A stretch of 64,000 nucleotides of DNA, taken from assembly GCA_965206745.1 (NCBI GenBank), contig OZ242220.1, positions 800,001 to 864,000 on the forward strand, given 5' to 3'. The translations under genes and the position numbers were made by a program. Positions 20,215-30,202 of this stretch are shown here, piece after piece (the first letter of the stretch is position 1; each line of letters begins with the position of its first letter). Source of the stretch: Nitrosopumilus sp. (lineage in GTDB: Archaea; Thermoproteota; Nitrososphaeria; Nitrososphaerales; Nitrosopumilaceae). The notes beneath the pieces are model-generated. The model saw only the letters and a program-made list of their open reading frames with translations, did no database searches and was not told where the DNA came from.

Positions 20215-21657
20215 CTAGTATCCTCTTGCAAAGATTGGAACTGCCATGCTTTGTTCTTGGCAGTAGATGCATCTCTGATCTGTATCCTCGCTTCCAAATG
20301 GGATTACCCTGATCTCCGCCCCTGTCTCTTCTTTAACCTTGTTCTCACATTCCAATTTCCCACACCATGGTGATTTGAAGAAGCCGCCCTCCTCGATCTT
20401 TGATTTGAAATCTGAATATTCTGAGATCTCCAGGGTGTTGCTCTTGGCTTCTTCTCTGGCTTTTTTTAGCATCTCTGCTTGAATTTCATCTAGAATTATG
20501 ATTATTTCTTTCATTTTGTCAAAGCCCAAACTGACTTTTTCTAAATTGTATCTCTTTGCAACTATCACACTCTGCTTCTCTATATCCTTTGGACCTATCT
20601 CTATTCTTAATGGAACCCCCTTCAATTCCCAGTCATTGAATTTGTATCCTGGAGATAGCCCTTCCCTGTCATCTACATGCACTCTGATCTCTTTGGATTC
20701 TAATTCATTTTTGATCTCTTCTACTTTTGGCAGGACAATCTCTTTACCTTCATCATTTCTGTAAATTGGAACAATCACAACTTGCATTGGAGCCACTTTT
20801 GGTGGCAGGACCAATCCTTTGTCATCTCCATGTGCCATGATCATTGCACCGATCAATCTCCATGACACACCCCATGACGTTTGCCATGCAAAATGTTCTA
20901 CGTTATCCCTGTCTGCAAATTTGACTTGAAATGGTTTTGAAAAGTTTTGACCCAAGAAATGCGATGTTCCCATTTGCAGTGCCTTTCCATCTGGCATAAT
21001 TGATTCCATGGTTGTCGTATATACTGCACCGACGAATTTTTCTTTCTCGCTTTTTTCCCCCACTATTACCGGGATTGCCAGTTCCGCCTCTACTGTATTC
21101 TTGTAAATCTCTAAAATCTTCATCACTTCTTTCTCTGCCTCCTCTTGCGTGGCATGTACCGTGTGACCTTCTTGCCACAAAAACTCTGAGGTTCTAAGGA
21201 ATGGTTTGGTGGCTTTAATCTCTGCCCTTAATGCTGTGTTCCAAAAATTGATTTTTAATGGCAAATCCCTCCAGCTTTGAATCCATTTTGAATATAGGGT
21301 GTATGCCAATGTCTCAGATGTTGGTCTTAATGCAAGCCTGTCTCCGATTTCATTAGTTCCTGAATGCGTTACCCAAAACACTTCTGGGTTAAACCCTGCA
21401 AAATGCTTCTGCTCTTTGCCTAGCAGTGACTCTGGAATTAGTATTGGCAAAAACCCATTCCTGATGCCGTTTCTTGAAAACTTTTTGTCAAATGTACTTC
21501 TCAGTGATTCCCAAATCGAATATCCGTCTGGCCTGAGTACGATCAGTCCCTTCACTGGTGCATAATCTGCCAATTTTGCCTTTAGAACTACCTGCGTATA
21601 CCACTCGCTAAAATCATCATTCTTTGAAACTGTGATACCGACGTCTTCTTTGCCCAA
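20215..21657 (-). CDS. proS: proline--tRNA ligase (archaeal/eukaryotic type)
   Basis: FSEWYTQV, LRPTSE, PFLRTSEFLWQEGH, SWGVSWR, C-terminal ARGY. Confidence 0.96.
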   Translation of the reverse strand: MGKEDVGITVSKNDDFSEWYTQVVLKAKLADYAPVKGLIVLRPDGYSIWESLRSTFDKKFSRNGIRNGFLPILIPESLLGKEQKHFAGFNPEVFWVTHSGTNEIGDRLALRPTSETLAYTLYSKWIQSWRDLPLKINFWNTALRAEIKATKPFLRTSEFLWQEGHTVHATQEEAEKEVMKILEIYKNTVEAELAIPVIVGEKSEKEKFVGAVYTTTMESIMPDGKALQMGTSHFLGQNFSKPFQVKFADRDNVEHFAWQTSWGVSWRLIGAMIMAHGDDKGLVLPPKVAPMQVVIVPIYRNDEGKEIVLPKVEEIKNELESKEIRVHVDDREGLSPGYKFNDWELKGVPLRIEIGPKDIEKQSVIVAKRYNLEKVSLGFDKMKEIIIILDEIQAEMLKKAREEAKSNTLEISEYSDFKSKIEEGGFFKSPWCGKLECENKVKEETGAEIRVIPFGSEDTDQRCIYCQEQSMAVPIFARGY

Positions 21658-21712
21658 ACTAGATTTCACTGAATTACTTTAATTAATGAGCCTTTCGTGA
21701 AAATTCAGATTA

Positions 21713-22006
21713 TTACAGTTTATCGCCTTTGCAAAGTACCTTGCCCATTACCCTGCTTTGGAAATTTGGGCATACGAAACATTGAATGAAATGAGTCTCT
21801 TCTTTGAGAACCGGACAATCTACAAATTCCTGCTTCATTTTTTTGAGCATTTTTGGACTGACTCCTTTTAATTTTAATTTCCCCTTCTCATCCATCATGC
21901 CTGATTCTTTTAATTCTTCTTTGACTGGGTCTGGGAGCTTTTGTTTGCCTTCTCTCTCTTTGATTTCCACTTCAAATTTATGTTCTAATTCGCCCATATC
22001 CAACAC
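21713..22006 (-). CDS. hypothetical protein with C-terminal Cys cluster
   Basis: VDCPV...QCFVCPNF...VLCKG. Confidence 0.65.
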   Translation of the reverse strand: MLDMGELEHKFEVEIKEREGKQKLPDPVKEELKESGMMDEKGKLKLKGVSPKMLKKMKQEFVDCPVLKEETHFIQCFVCPNFQSRVMGKVLCKGDKL

Positions 22007-22645
22007 AATACATTCGGTGATTTATTACTAGCGCTTTTTTATCCTATCAAATTGACTGTACTTTTCATTGTAACTGTTAATTTTGTGACCTTTTTATACT
22101 AAAATCTTCAAATCGTTTAAAAAATATTCTGCCGTGTTGCAAATATGGAGTGAAACATGCCACCTTGTTTTGATTCAAAAAGTATCCTATTTGCAGTCAA
22201 TCAAACCGTTCTGTAATTGCAGAGGCATCTTGGAAATTACAAAGCCAAAAGATGCTCTGGGCCTAGTTCATAATGGACCAAAAGATACAATGGGGAAATT
22301 CGATGATGGTGGGTTTATGACATATTCAATAAAGAAGCAGAGATACGAAACTTGGAAAAAACCTGAAAAGAAAAAAGGCTTGGCGTAGAAAGAAAAATGA
22401 TGGCCGAGGAGATCAAAAAAACTGATAAATTCAAAACATGAGTATATTGTAATCACAGGTGATGGTGGCAGAGAACTTGCACGTCTATCGTTTAGAAATT
22501 CCCGTTATCTCTGACTTGTACTCTGACAATCTACTAGTGTCCCTTCAAGGCAATCTACCCATTTCAAGCATCTGGGATGGAACTTGCGGATCTCAAAGAT
22601 AAGAAGGAGGGATTTTACTAGAACCTGAAAAGGCACAATGATACA

Positions 22646-22972
22646 CTATACCATCCACATGACGATGTTGATTGCAAAGATTGAAAGGATTATCCCTATC
22701 TCCACAATCACGTACACTATTCCCAGTATCAGGAGCTTTGTGACCCTTACCGGGCCATCATCCTTTGTGGCTTTGTACAACCAATAAGAAAAAATGAAAA
22801 ACGGAAGATACCAAGGTATTTGGATTACAATTCCAAGTAATGCTATTACAAAAGATTCAAAATCAGCAAGGGGCTGTCCAAATTGAAAGCTACGATAAAC
22901 TGTGGATGATATAAAATATATTCCAATTCCTGCTAGAATGGCTGATATGATTTTTAGTTGTTTGGGAGTCAT
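22646..22972 (-). CDS. small membrane protein (about 3 TM)
   Basis: 108-aa hydrophobic ORF inside an otherwise gene-poor stretch. Confidence 0.6.
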   Translation of the reverse strand: MTPKQLKIISAILAGIGIYFISSTVYRSFQFGQPLADFESFVIALLGIVIQIPWYLPFFIFSYWLYKATKDDGPVRVTKLLILGIVYVIVEIGIILSIFAINIVMWMV

Positions 22973-23507
22973 AAACAGAGTGGGATTATGCGTGTGAGTT
23001 TATGATTGTTTGGTCATTTATAATAATTTCAGAACGCATGGCATAACCCAATGTCCTCTATTTGGAGAACTAGGCACAAATATTTTCAACTGTGCTGATT
23101 TGTGCTTAACTAAAAGATGGATATGTTCTCATGTGTATGATCATCTTGTACCCTTAACATCTTGTACCATTCTAAATGACAGAATCATTGCAGCAATCAA
23201 AGATGCAAATATTGTCCTCTAATCTTTTATCAATCATTAGGGTTTCAGATCGCATACTGGGGTATATTTATAATCACGATGATGATTTGTCACATGATTA
23301 TTTTCTTGGAGCAATCAAACTCGACTCTACTTCACAATGCTGGAAAAAGAACATCTGATGTTGCATGATCCCAATAACGCCAAATGGGTCCATTCTTTAT
23401 TGCGGTCTTATTTTTGACAGTACTGGGTTTTCCGATTGTGTTTGACTGGCAAAAACATAGACACTACTTTAATATAATTAGCAATTTTTTTCCAAATCAG
23501 AAAACTA

Positions 23508-24158
23508 TTGTTGGCAATTTTTGATGTAGAGGGAGTTTTGTATGACGAAGAATATCTCCCAATTCTTGCTGAAAAACTCAACAAGGAAGACGAGATTTGG
23601 AAAATCACAAAGCAAGGAATTCAAGGAAAAATCAACTGGGAGGAAGGACTGCAAACTAGAATTGCTGCCTTGAGGGGCCTTGATGAGAAGACTTGCCAGG
23701 ACGTCTCTGATGCATTGCCCATCATGACTGGTGCAAAAGAGGCATGCAGGGCACTAAAGGCTGCAGGGTGGAAACTCATGGCTGTATCTGGTGGTTTTAC
23801 TCTGATGATGCACCGATTGAAAAAAGAGTTGGACTTGGATTATGTTTATTCAAATGAGTTGATATTCAAAGATGGCAAACTAGACGGTGTCACAATCAAT
23901 GTGGATTCTGATAAATCAAAGTCCGCAAAAATAAAGATTGAAGAGTGGGGTGAGAAAAAAGAAGATATTGTCTGTGTAGTGGATGGCGCAAATGATGTGA
24001 AATTATTTGATGTCTGTGGATTGGGCATTGCCTATCGTGCTCAGGACATCGTTAAAGACTTGGCTACTACAACCTTGGAAGAAAAAGATCTCTCCAAAAT
24101 TATAGATATAATCAACAAACACTACAAATTGCAATTACAAGTTGCAACTCCTGCATAA
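23508..24158 (+). CDS. serB: phosphoserine phosphatase (HAD family)
   Basis: FDVEGVL, VSGGF, YSNEL, DGANDV. Confidence 0.85.
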   Translation: MLAIFDVEGVLYDEEYLPILAEKLNKEDEIWKITKQGIQGKINWEEGLQTRIAALRGLDEKTCQDVSDALPIMTGAKEACRALKAAGWKLMAVSGGFTLMMHRLKKELDLDYVYSNELIFKDGKLDGVTINVDSDKSKSAKIKIEEWGEKKEDIVCVVDGANDVKLFDVCGLGIAYRAQDIVKDLATTTLEEKDLSKIIDIINKHYKLQLQVATPA

Positions 24159-24193
24159 ACAATTTTTTAGCCCCTCCTTTTCAGATACATTAC

Positions 24194-24919
24194 TTGCAAA
24201 TCATACCCATTCATCTTGAAAAAGAGATCGAGCCATCTGATGACATCTCTGACATTCTTCTAAATTCTGAAAAACTACACGATGGTGACATTGTTGTTAT
24301 CGCGCAAAAAATCGTCTCCAAGCAGGAAGGACGGCTAATAGATCTATCCACTGTGACTCCTTCTCTGCTCGCCGAAGGCATCGGCTCCCAATATGGAAAG
24401 GATCCTAGAATCATCGAACTGATCCTGTCTGAATCAAAACGAATTGTAAGGATGCAAAATGGAATTCTGATAGTCGAAACCAATCAGGGTTTTATCTGTG
24501 CGAATGCCGGAATTGATCAAAGTAATATCAGGGACGGGCATGCAACTCTGTTGCCTGTTGACTCTGATGTTTCTGCACAAAGAATCAGAAAGAAAATTTT
24601 GGAACAATCAGGCAAAAATATCTCAATCATAATCTCTGATACGTTTGGCCGACCTTTTAGAATGGGACAGACCAATCATGCAATTGGGATATCTGGGCTG
24701 AACCCGATTTTAGATTATGAGGGAAGTTTGGATTCTTTTAATAATATTTTACGAGTCACTGCAATTGCAATTGCCGATGAACTTGCGTCTGCATCCGAAT
24801 TAGTTATGGGAAAGTCCCTGAAATGCCCATTTGCAATAATCCGTGGCTATTCTTTCAAGTTTGAGGATCACCGCATTGATGAACTAATTCGACCCGAACA
24901 CGAGGATCTCTTTAGATGA
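24194..24919 (+). CDS. cofE: coenzyme F420-0:L-glutamate ligase
   Basis: KIVSKQEGR, CANAGIDQSN, DTFGRPFR, ADELASA. Confidence 0.93.
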   Translation: MQIIPIHLEKEIEPSDDISDILLNSEKLHDGDIVVIAQKIVSKQEGRLIDLSTVTPSLLAEGIGSQYGKDPRIIELILSESKRIVRMQNGILIVETNQGFICANAGIDQSNIRDGHATLLPVDSDVSAQRIRKKILEQSGKNISIIISDTFGRPFRMGQTNHAIGISGLNPILDYEGSLDSFNNILRVTAIAIADELASASELVMGKSLKCPFAIIRGYSFKFEDHRIDELIRPEHEDLFR

Positions 24920-25340
24920 TTTTAAAAAAAACCCTCATTTCCTGTTGCATGTCAAGTTAGGTTCGATGAATCAAACCTAATTGTTATAATTCTACTATGT
25001 ATTTTCACGACTTTATCCGAATTGAATTCCCTGACTCAAATATTTTTATCTAGATGGCATACCCGTTATTACAACATGTAAACTGACAATTAGTTACAAT
25101 GCAAAGACGGGGCATGATGAGGAATTATTTAAAAGTTAGGCTAGTGGTACAGATGAATCTTGACGGCAACAAACTAGTTATCTTGGAAGGCGTATCCGTA
25201 CTTGATAATTCATTATCCTGTCTAGTATTGTGATCAAAATCTACTTTTAATTTGGAAATTGCAGTTATTTTTGCCTACTCTCTTTGCAAAACTCAAATAG
25301 CTTTTAATATGACAAATCGGCCTTTGGGAATTGATTACCG

Positions 25341-25577
25341 ATGTCTGAACCTACTGAAAAGAAACTAGATGCAACTGGATTGTTCTGTCCTGAACCCGTG
25401 TTTAGAACAAAGATCGAAATTGAAAGGATGCAGGTAGGCCAAGTCATAACCGTATCTGCTGATGATCCGGCAGCTGAGGATGATATCTCACGATGGGTTA
25501 CGAGAAGCGGTCACGAACTATTGGACGTCTCAAAAGACGGTCAAACCATTACATTGAAGATTAAAAAGGTGAAATAA
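25341..25577 (+). CDS. tusA: TusA/SirA family sulfur carrier
   Basis: LDATGLFCPEPV (CPxP motif), ADDPAAEDDI. Confidence 0.9.
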   Translation: MSEPTEKKLDATGLFCPEPVFRTKIEIERMQVGQVITVSADDPAAEDDISRWVTRSGHELLDVSKDGQTITLKIKKVK

Positions 25578-25585
25578 TCCAAATC

Positions 25586-26578
25586 ATGACTACTGTTACT
25601 GGTACAGATGTGCTCAGTCGTGTAGGCAACACCCCTCTGATATCTTTGGATTCCCTTTCTCATGTTGGAACCAAATACTTTGCAAAGCTAGAAGGTCACA
25701 ATCCCTTTGGTTCTGTCAAAGACAGAGCCGCATACTGGATGATCAAAGATGGCGAAGAGAGGGGAATTCTGACAAAGGGAAAAAGCATAATCATAGAACC
25801 CACCTCTGGCAATACCGGAATTGCCTTGACTGGAATTGCCAATATACTAGGCTACAAAGTTGAGATTGTCATTCCAGAAAAAGCAAGTAATGAAACTAAG
25901 GACATCATTAGAAAACTAGGCGCCAAGGTGTTTGAAACCAGTGACGACTTGTGTCCCAAAGTGGGTGCTGGAACTGATCAAAGCATTGCACTGGCCACAT
26001 CTATTGCATCATCAAGGCCTGACACGTACTATTCCCCAAATCAATATGCAAACGAGGCAAATTTCAAGGGACATTATGCTGGAACCGGGCCTGAAATTTG
26101 GAGACAGACTGAGGGCAAAGTCACCCATTTCTTCACTGGTATTGGCACCGGTGGAACAATTACTGGAATTGGCGCTTTTCTCAAAGAGAAGAATCCTGAT
26201 GTCAAAATTATTGGCTGTCAACCGCAACAAAACCACTTGATTCAAGGATGGAGAAATTTTGAGGAATCTGCAAAGCCTGATTTGTTTCTGAAACGGGAAG
26301 ATGTCGTCGATGACTGGGTGTCTGTTGACAATAACGAGGCATTTTCAGTTGTAAGGGATGTGTTTGTCAAAGACAAGCTTTTGATCAGCCCGTCATCTGC
26401 TGCCGTATATGCATGCATGAAGAAATATCCCGTTGAAGGAGATGCATCTATAGTGGGAATTTTTGCCGATGATGGGAGGAAATTCAAAAGTGTCTATGCC
26501 ACTGAAAATGTGCTCTCTGAGGAGGAATTTGATAACTGTCTTCAGGATGCAAATCACATGTCTGAATTGGCATATTGA
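25586..26578 (+). CDS. PLP-dependent cysteine synthase family protein (CysK/CysM-like)
   Basis: VGNTPL, NPFGSVKDR (PLP lysine), EPTSGNTG, NQYAN, GIGTGGT. Confidence 0.92.
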   Translation: MTTVTGTDVLSRVGNTPLISLDSLSHVGTKYFAKLEGHNPFGSVKDRAAYWMIKDGEERGILTKGKSIIIEPTSGNTGIALTGIANILGYKVEIVIPEKASNETKDIIRKLGAKVFETSDDLCPKVGAGTDQSIALATSIASSRPDTYYSPNQYANEANFKGHYAGTGPEIWRQTEGKVTHFFTGIGTGGTITGIGAFLKEKNPDVKIIGCQPQQNHLIQGWRNFEESAKPDLFLKREDVVDDWVSVDNNEAFSVVRDVFVKDKLLISPSSAAVYACMKKYPVEGDASIVGIFADDGRKFKSVYATENVLSEEEFDNCLQDANHMSELAY

Positions 26579-27052
26579 CTATTGAAGGATCTTCTTCAAG
26601 TGCTTCTCATAAAATTCCCTAAATGACGTATTGATATCCATCTCATGCTGTAAGCATCGGTTACTTTGCTCGCTAATCTGACTCTTGATCTCTTTGCTCC
26701 ATAGGCTCTGCTGTCCATCTTTGGAGTCTATTATCGATGGGTTTTCTTTGATCTTTTTCATAGTTTCTAAAAGTGTTGCACTCAACTCTCTGAATTTGCT
26801 AATCCGTAAAAGGAATATCTGCGCCTCTTTCCCATTTACCAGTTTTATCATTGCATGAACTTGGCTATAGTATTCCAAGCCCTTTTCATTATACCTCTTG
26901 AAGTCTTCGATTCGCCGACTCCAATACTCTTTGGTTACTTTTTCTTCAATTTTGTAGCTGAATCTGATATCTCCTAATTCTGTTCCCAATTTGGCCAGTT
27001 TTTCGCTATGCTCCTTGGCTGATCTTCTCAGTTCTTCGGGGTCTTGACTCAA
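26579..27052 (-). CDS. helical hypothetical protein
   Basis: 157-aa charged, helical-looking ORF. Confidence 0.65.
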   Translation of the reverse strand: MSQDPEELRRSAKEHSEKLAKLGTELGDIRFSYKIEEKVTKEYWSRRIEDFKRYNEKGLEYYSQVHAMIKLVNGKEAQIFLLRISKFRELSATLLETMKKIKENPSIIDSKDGQQSLWSKEIKSQISEQSNRCLQHEMDINTSFREFYEKHLKKILQ

Positions 27053-27084
27053 TACTCTTGGTTTTCCCTATCGCAATAAAGAGT

Positions 27085-27300
27085 TTAGATTCTTGACTCA
27101 TTCCATCCCTTCTCAGACTCGTCTGAATACGTCAACATGCATGCCTCACAGAATGAATCCCATTCGGTAACTCCTAATTTTTCAAAATATTCTAGAGACC
27201 ATTTGTATGTGGGTTCTTTTCTGTACTGAAATTGCTGAATTGTATAGATGTCCTTGTGGTGAAATTTATTCAGGCATTTTTTGCATTGGGCATCTTTCAT
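27085..27300 (-). CDS. small CxxC...CxxC hypothetical protein
   Basis: CKKC and CEAC; start overlaps the trxB stop. Confidence 0.65.
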   Translation of the reverse strand: MKDAQCKKCLNKFHHKDIYTIQQFQYRKEPTYKWSLEYFEKLGVTEWDSFCEACMLTYSDESEKGWNESRI

Positions 27301-28304
27301 TATTGCTTGTCTGCACTCTCAGTCAGATACTTGTCCACATCAATTGCCGCCATGCATCCAAAGGCCGCAGCGGTGATTGCCTGCCGATACTTTCTATCGT
27401 GCACATCCCCTGCTGCAAAAATCCCCTCTATGTTGGTATGTGTCTTATCCTTTAATATGATATATCCTTGGTCATCCAAGTCAATTTGACTTTTGAAGAG
27501 TTGCGTGTTTGGCTCATGTCCGACTGCTACAAACAATCCTCCCGCATCAAGTGTCGTCTCTTCATTTGTTTTTAGATTCTTCAAGACTGCCTTCTGTATC
27601 TTTTGATCTCCTTTGATGCTGATAACGGCCGAATCAAAGTGGAACTTGATCTTTTCATTGTTAAATGCTCTTTCTTGCATGATCTTGCTTGCACGCAATT
27701 CCTTCCGTCTGTGTATCAGGTGGACATTTGTGGCAAATTTTGTAAGAAACGTTGCCTCTTCTATTGCAGAGTCTCCTCCGCCTACCACAAGTATCTCCTG
27801 GTTCCTAAAGAAGGGACCATCACATGTTGCACAATACGATACGCCTTTTCCGCTAAAAGTATCTTCACCTTCCACGCCTAGTTTTCTTGGGTTTGCACCA
27901 GTTGCAATTATTACGGCACGCCCCTCGAATTCTTCTGATGCGGTTAGAACTTTGAATGGTTTGTGTCTAAAATCCACATCGACTACCACGTCATCAATAA
28001 TCGTAGTGCCCATTCTCTGTGACTGCTTTCTCATCTCTATCATCAGATCAGGACCCATTATCCCATTTTCAAATCCAGGATAGTTTTCGACTTCGGTTGT
28101 GTTGACTAGCTGTCCTCCCGGAAGCAGTCCTGACAAAATCAGGGTGTCATAGCCTGCCCTAGCGCAATAAATTCCGGCAGTATACCCTGAAGGGCCTGCC
28201 CCGATGACTATGACATCGAATTTTGTTTTGAGCTTGTCTGATATCTTGATTTCGTCATCCCTTGTCTCAAGTACTGCCGCACCTGTATCTCCTCCTGCCA
28301 TCAT
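27300..28304 (-). CDS. trxB: thioredoxin-disulfide reductase
   Basis: GAGPSG, GGQL, ENYPG, CATCDG, GGGDSA, FAAGDV. Confidence 0.96.
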   Translation of the reverse strand: MMAGGDTGAAVLETRDDEIKISDKLKTKFDVIVIGAGPSGYTAGIYCARAGYDTLILSGLLPGGQLVNTTEVENYPGFENGIMGPDLMIEMRKQSQRMGTTIIDDVVVDVDFRHKPFKVLTASEEFEGRAVIIATGANPRKLGVEGEDTFSGKGVSYCATCDGPFFRNQEILVVGGGDSAIEEATFLTKFATNVHLIHRRKELRASKIMQERAFNNEKIKFHFDSAVISIKGDQKIQKAVLKNLKTNEETTLDAGGLFVAVGHEPNTQLFKSQIDLDDQGYIILKDKTHTNIEGIFAAGDVHDRKYRQAITAAAFGCMAAIDVDKYLTESADKQ

Positions 28305-28348
28305 GATGTTAGAGGTCTCAACTTCAATAATTTAAGTGAATATACTTC

Positions 28349-29098
28349 TTAATTCTTGACTTTATTTATCGTCTCAAAGTGCTTTTTGCACATTTTTTTA
28401 TTTTCGATCTGTGAGTAAAGCAAATCCTTTTGCCAATGCGCATTGAACAACCTGCAATCCCTCTCCTCACAAAATGATTCCCCCGTCTCATAATACATTA
28501 TGGATTGTAACACGTATCCTTCTATGATCTCATTTAATCTCGAATCGTGGTATTCTAAAAATCTCCCTTTGTACTTTTTCTTGATCTCCTCTTCTGAAAA
28601 GTTTGCCATTAGATCCAGATAGTATTCTTTAGATTTGGCCGGTGCCTCCACGATTCCTGTAGTTGAGATTATTGTGGGATTGGAACTGATCAGTGCCCTG
28701 GCGTGATATCTAAAGTCATCATCATCAAATGTCACAGTGAGCTTGCTTGTAAAAATTATGTGCAGTATGTCGTCTGTGGTTGGGATGTTTTTTGAAATGA
28801 TGTCTTGTAACTCAAACCCGTCATAGAGCCTCATCACATCCTTCTCAGATGTGTCGGTGCCATCTTTTTCCATTTGAACCTCTTGACGTGTTGGGATGTG
28901 TTCCTTGAATTGCTTCTTCAAGTCAAATACCTGTGCCGATGCTATCTCCTCAAATGCCTCGTCTTTTAGAGTCTTGAAGAAATTTCCCCTTAATTCTGTC
29001 TCAACTCGAAACGTATCTGTGATGAATCTTCTTATCTCCTCAATCCTGATTTCAGGAACGGCAGGTTCGTCATGTAGGATGATTTTAGAAATTTTCAC
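28349..29098 (-). CDS. conserved archaeal protein, putative zinc metallopeptidase-like fold
   Basis: YDGF, RYHAR, STTGIVEAPA, FCEERDCRLFNAHWQ...C pattern. Confidence 0.65.
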   Translation of the reverse strand: MKISKIILHDEPAVPEIRIEEIRRFITDTFRVETELRGNFFKTLKDEAFEEIASAQVFDLKKQFKEHIPTRQEVQMEKDGTDTSEKDVMRLYDGFELQDIISKNIPTTDDILHIIFTSKLTVTFDDDDFRYHARALISSNPTIISTTGIVEAPAKSKEYYLDLMANFSEEEIKKKYKGRFLEYHDSRLNEIIEGYVLQSIMYYETGESFCEERDCRLFNAHWQKDLLYSQIENKKMCKKHFETINKVKN

Positions 29099-29193
29099 TA
29101 AAAGAAGGACTGATCTAATCGCTTATCTTTCTAACGAATTATTTTTTTAAAGAGTTGGGAGGCCTTTAGTGCAAGATTAGTGCACTGATGATG

Positions 29194-30012
29194 CTATCTT
29201 TCCAGCTCTTTGATTTTTTGGGCAGTTATCTCTGCTGCTCTTTTTCCAGAGTACAGCATGGAGCCAAATGTCGGGCCCATTCTTGCCAATCCATGTGTCT
29301 CAGTCACTGACATTCCTGCTGCCACCAGTCCTGGATAGATTTCACCTGTCTTGTTAACTACGTGTTCCTCGCCATCGTTTACAAACATTGGTTCCATCCC
29401 CTTCCACTTTGTCAGTCCTCTATCAACCAGTCTTTTTACGGCAACTGAATCATGACCTGATGCATCAATGATTACCTTTGCTTCAAATGCGATCGGATCA
29501 ACACAAGTGATGTTGCGCGGTAATGCTGATACTGGCATCCAATTAACCACAATTCCGGCAACTCTGCCGTTCTTCAATACCAGGTCGTCAAATTTAGTCA
29601 ATTGAAGGAACTTTACCCCTGCATCACATGCAGCCGCAATTAGTTTTGATACTGCATGTGGACCTGGTGTCAAGTATAGCCCATCTGCAACTTTTTTGTA
29701 TGGTATCCCTAGCTCATCCCATATCTTTTGGGCAGGCTCTCTTACTGTAACTGGATTCATCATGTATCCGCCTAGCCAATAACCTCCTCCTAGGTAGTTG
29801 TTTTGTTCGATAACTAAAACTTTGTAACCCATGTTTGATAGTTCCCTGCTGGCTGTCAGTCCTGCAGGACCTGCACCAATCACGATTACATCTGATTCTG
29901 CCCTGTCAATTAATACATCGTGAAATTCATTTGCAATTGCGCGCGTAATCTCGACCTCACGCACGTCGGTAAATATCTTCTTTGACTGTTCTGCAACCGT
30001 TGCTTCTTGCAT
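29194..30012 (-). CDS. thi4: thiazole synthase Thi4 (Cys-type)
   Basis: GAGPAGL, GGGYWLGG, TCVDP, DASGHD, RMGPTFGSM. Confidence 0.93.
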   Translation of the reverse strand: MQEATVAEQSKKIFTDVREVEITRAIANEFHDVLIDRAESDVIVIGAGPAGLTASRELSNMGYKVLVIEQNNYLGGGYWLGGYMMNPVTVREPAQKIWDELGIPYKKVADGLYLTPGPHAVSKLIAAACDAGVKFLQLTKFDDLVLKNGRVAGIVVNWMPVSALPRNITCVDPIAFEAKVIIDASGHDSVAVKRLVDRGLTKWKGMEPMFVNDGEEHVVNKTGEIYPGLVAAGMSVTETHGLARMGPTFGSMLYSGKRAAEITAQKIKELER

Positions 30013-30202
30013 GAAGATGTTGCGTTTTGTGAACAATTAATACTTTCCCACATCCTATCTCGAAAATTAGGTGATACTAACCGTTTCAAAAAATTTTGCC
30101 ACCTAATGGAAACAGGAAAATTTTGTACCTTGAGGAAAATATCCCTCCTAAAATCCCCAAATATCAAAAATTTATATCCAAACTAAAAGTAATTTCTTTG
30201 TA

